NCBI RefSeq assembly: GCF_018350175.1
Contig: NC_058383.1
Span: 3,472,001 to 3,536,000, forward strand
DNA length: 64,000 nucleotides
Source: Felis catus
Taxonomy: Eukaryota
Direction of reading: 5' to 3'
The notes below the pieces were generated by a model. The model had not been told where the DNA came from. It searched no databases and saw only the letters and a program-made list of their open reading frames with translations. The position numbers were made by a program, and so were the translations under genes. Positions 63,521 through 64,000 of the stretch are shown piece after piece (within the stretch, counting starts at the first letter, position 1; each line of letters opens with the position of its first letter).

Positions 63521-63861
63521 ACGACCTGGGCGCCCCTGCGGCACGTCACCCTGCCCAAGGTTACAACGGGTTAGAGTGCACGCAGTTTGGCTCCAGAGTG
63601 CACGCTCCTGGCAGCTGGCCCTCCACCGCCCTCTAGTCCAAGAAGGAGAAGCTAATCCAAACACGGGGGCCTCCGGTGAGTGAGGCAGGAAGCAGGAGAA
63701 AAGCTCACGGTTGGCACCAGAATTCAATGAAATAGCTCCTAGGAAGCTAAGAACAGATGAGAAGTTACTTGTTTATTTTAACTTAATAGAGGAGATCTCC
63801 CCCAGAATCCAGGAGCAAAGATCATTCTTAAGGGTGGCACTTTAGAAGCACCCCCAGGATT

Positions 63862-64000
63862 GGGCCACCAGGGTGCCTCAGTCGGTTAAGCATCCCATTC
63901 TGGCTCCGGTCATGATCTCGCGTTCATGGGTTCAGTCCCCACGTCGGGCTCTGTGCCAACAGCCCAGAGCCTGGAGCCTGCTTCTCCCTCTCTGTCTCCC
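63862..64000 (+). mobile_element. Can-SINE truncated by the window end
   Basis: ctcagtcggttaagcatcc...catgatctcgcgttcatgggttc...gagcctggagcctgcttc. Confidence 0.88.

Larger units (their letters stand above)
1..64000 (+). other. SDK1: Internal portion of the SDK1 (sidekick cell adhesion molecule 1) gene; the window starts and ends in introns
   Basis: Ten phase-compatible exons splice into one 1615-nt open frame of tandem FN3 repeats. Peptides such as GYQVSWEVYGRNGSRLTHTLNST, WVSLYEEENEPDAQTLEIPNLTPYTHY and GPWSEAVRGRTRES are recognisable as SDK1 rather than SDK2. Confidence 0.95.

Noticed and set aside
59040..64000. Search for the next SDK1 exon (expected to begin in phase 2 with an LxPFTSY-like motif)
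   Set aside because: No matching exon was found; it presumably lies beyond the window.

Overview
Mammalian genomic DNA from a cat-family (feliform) carnivore, judged from tRNA-derived Can-SINEs of the SINEC_Fc type. The whole window lies inside one + strand gene, SDK1 (sidekick-1, an Ig/FN3 synaptic adhesion molecule). I reconstructed ten consecutive internal coding exons by hand. All have AG/GT boundaries and compatible phases (192+122+110+151+238+116+190+99+195+202 = 1615 nt, one open frame) and encode the middle fibronectin type III repeats. The introns carry about 11 Can-SINEs, old L1/L2/MIR/MLT/MER/Tigger fragments, microsatellites, a ~557-nt polypurine tract and a ~46-bp GC-rich minisatellite. 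Most ORFs in the six-frame track are chance ORFs of GC-rich or low-complexity intron. I see no prokaryotic-type system, CRISPR array or convincing novel gene. The best second-look items are a nested, inverted triple-SINE cluster next to an in-frame-skippable single-FN3 exon pair, in-frame tandem splice sites, a possible internal CpG-island promoter with a missing short-isoform ATG, the structured minisatellite and several candidate neural/retinal enhancers. Repeat subfamily names and all human comparisons are from memory and need confirmation.
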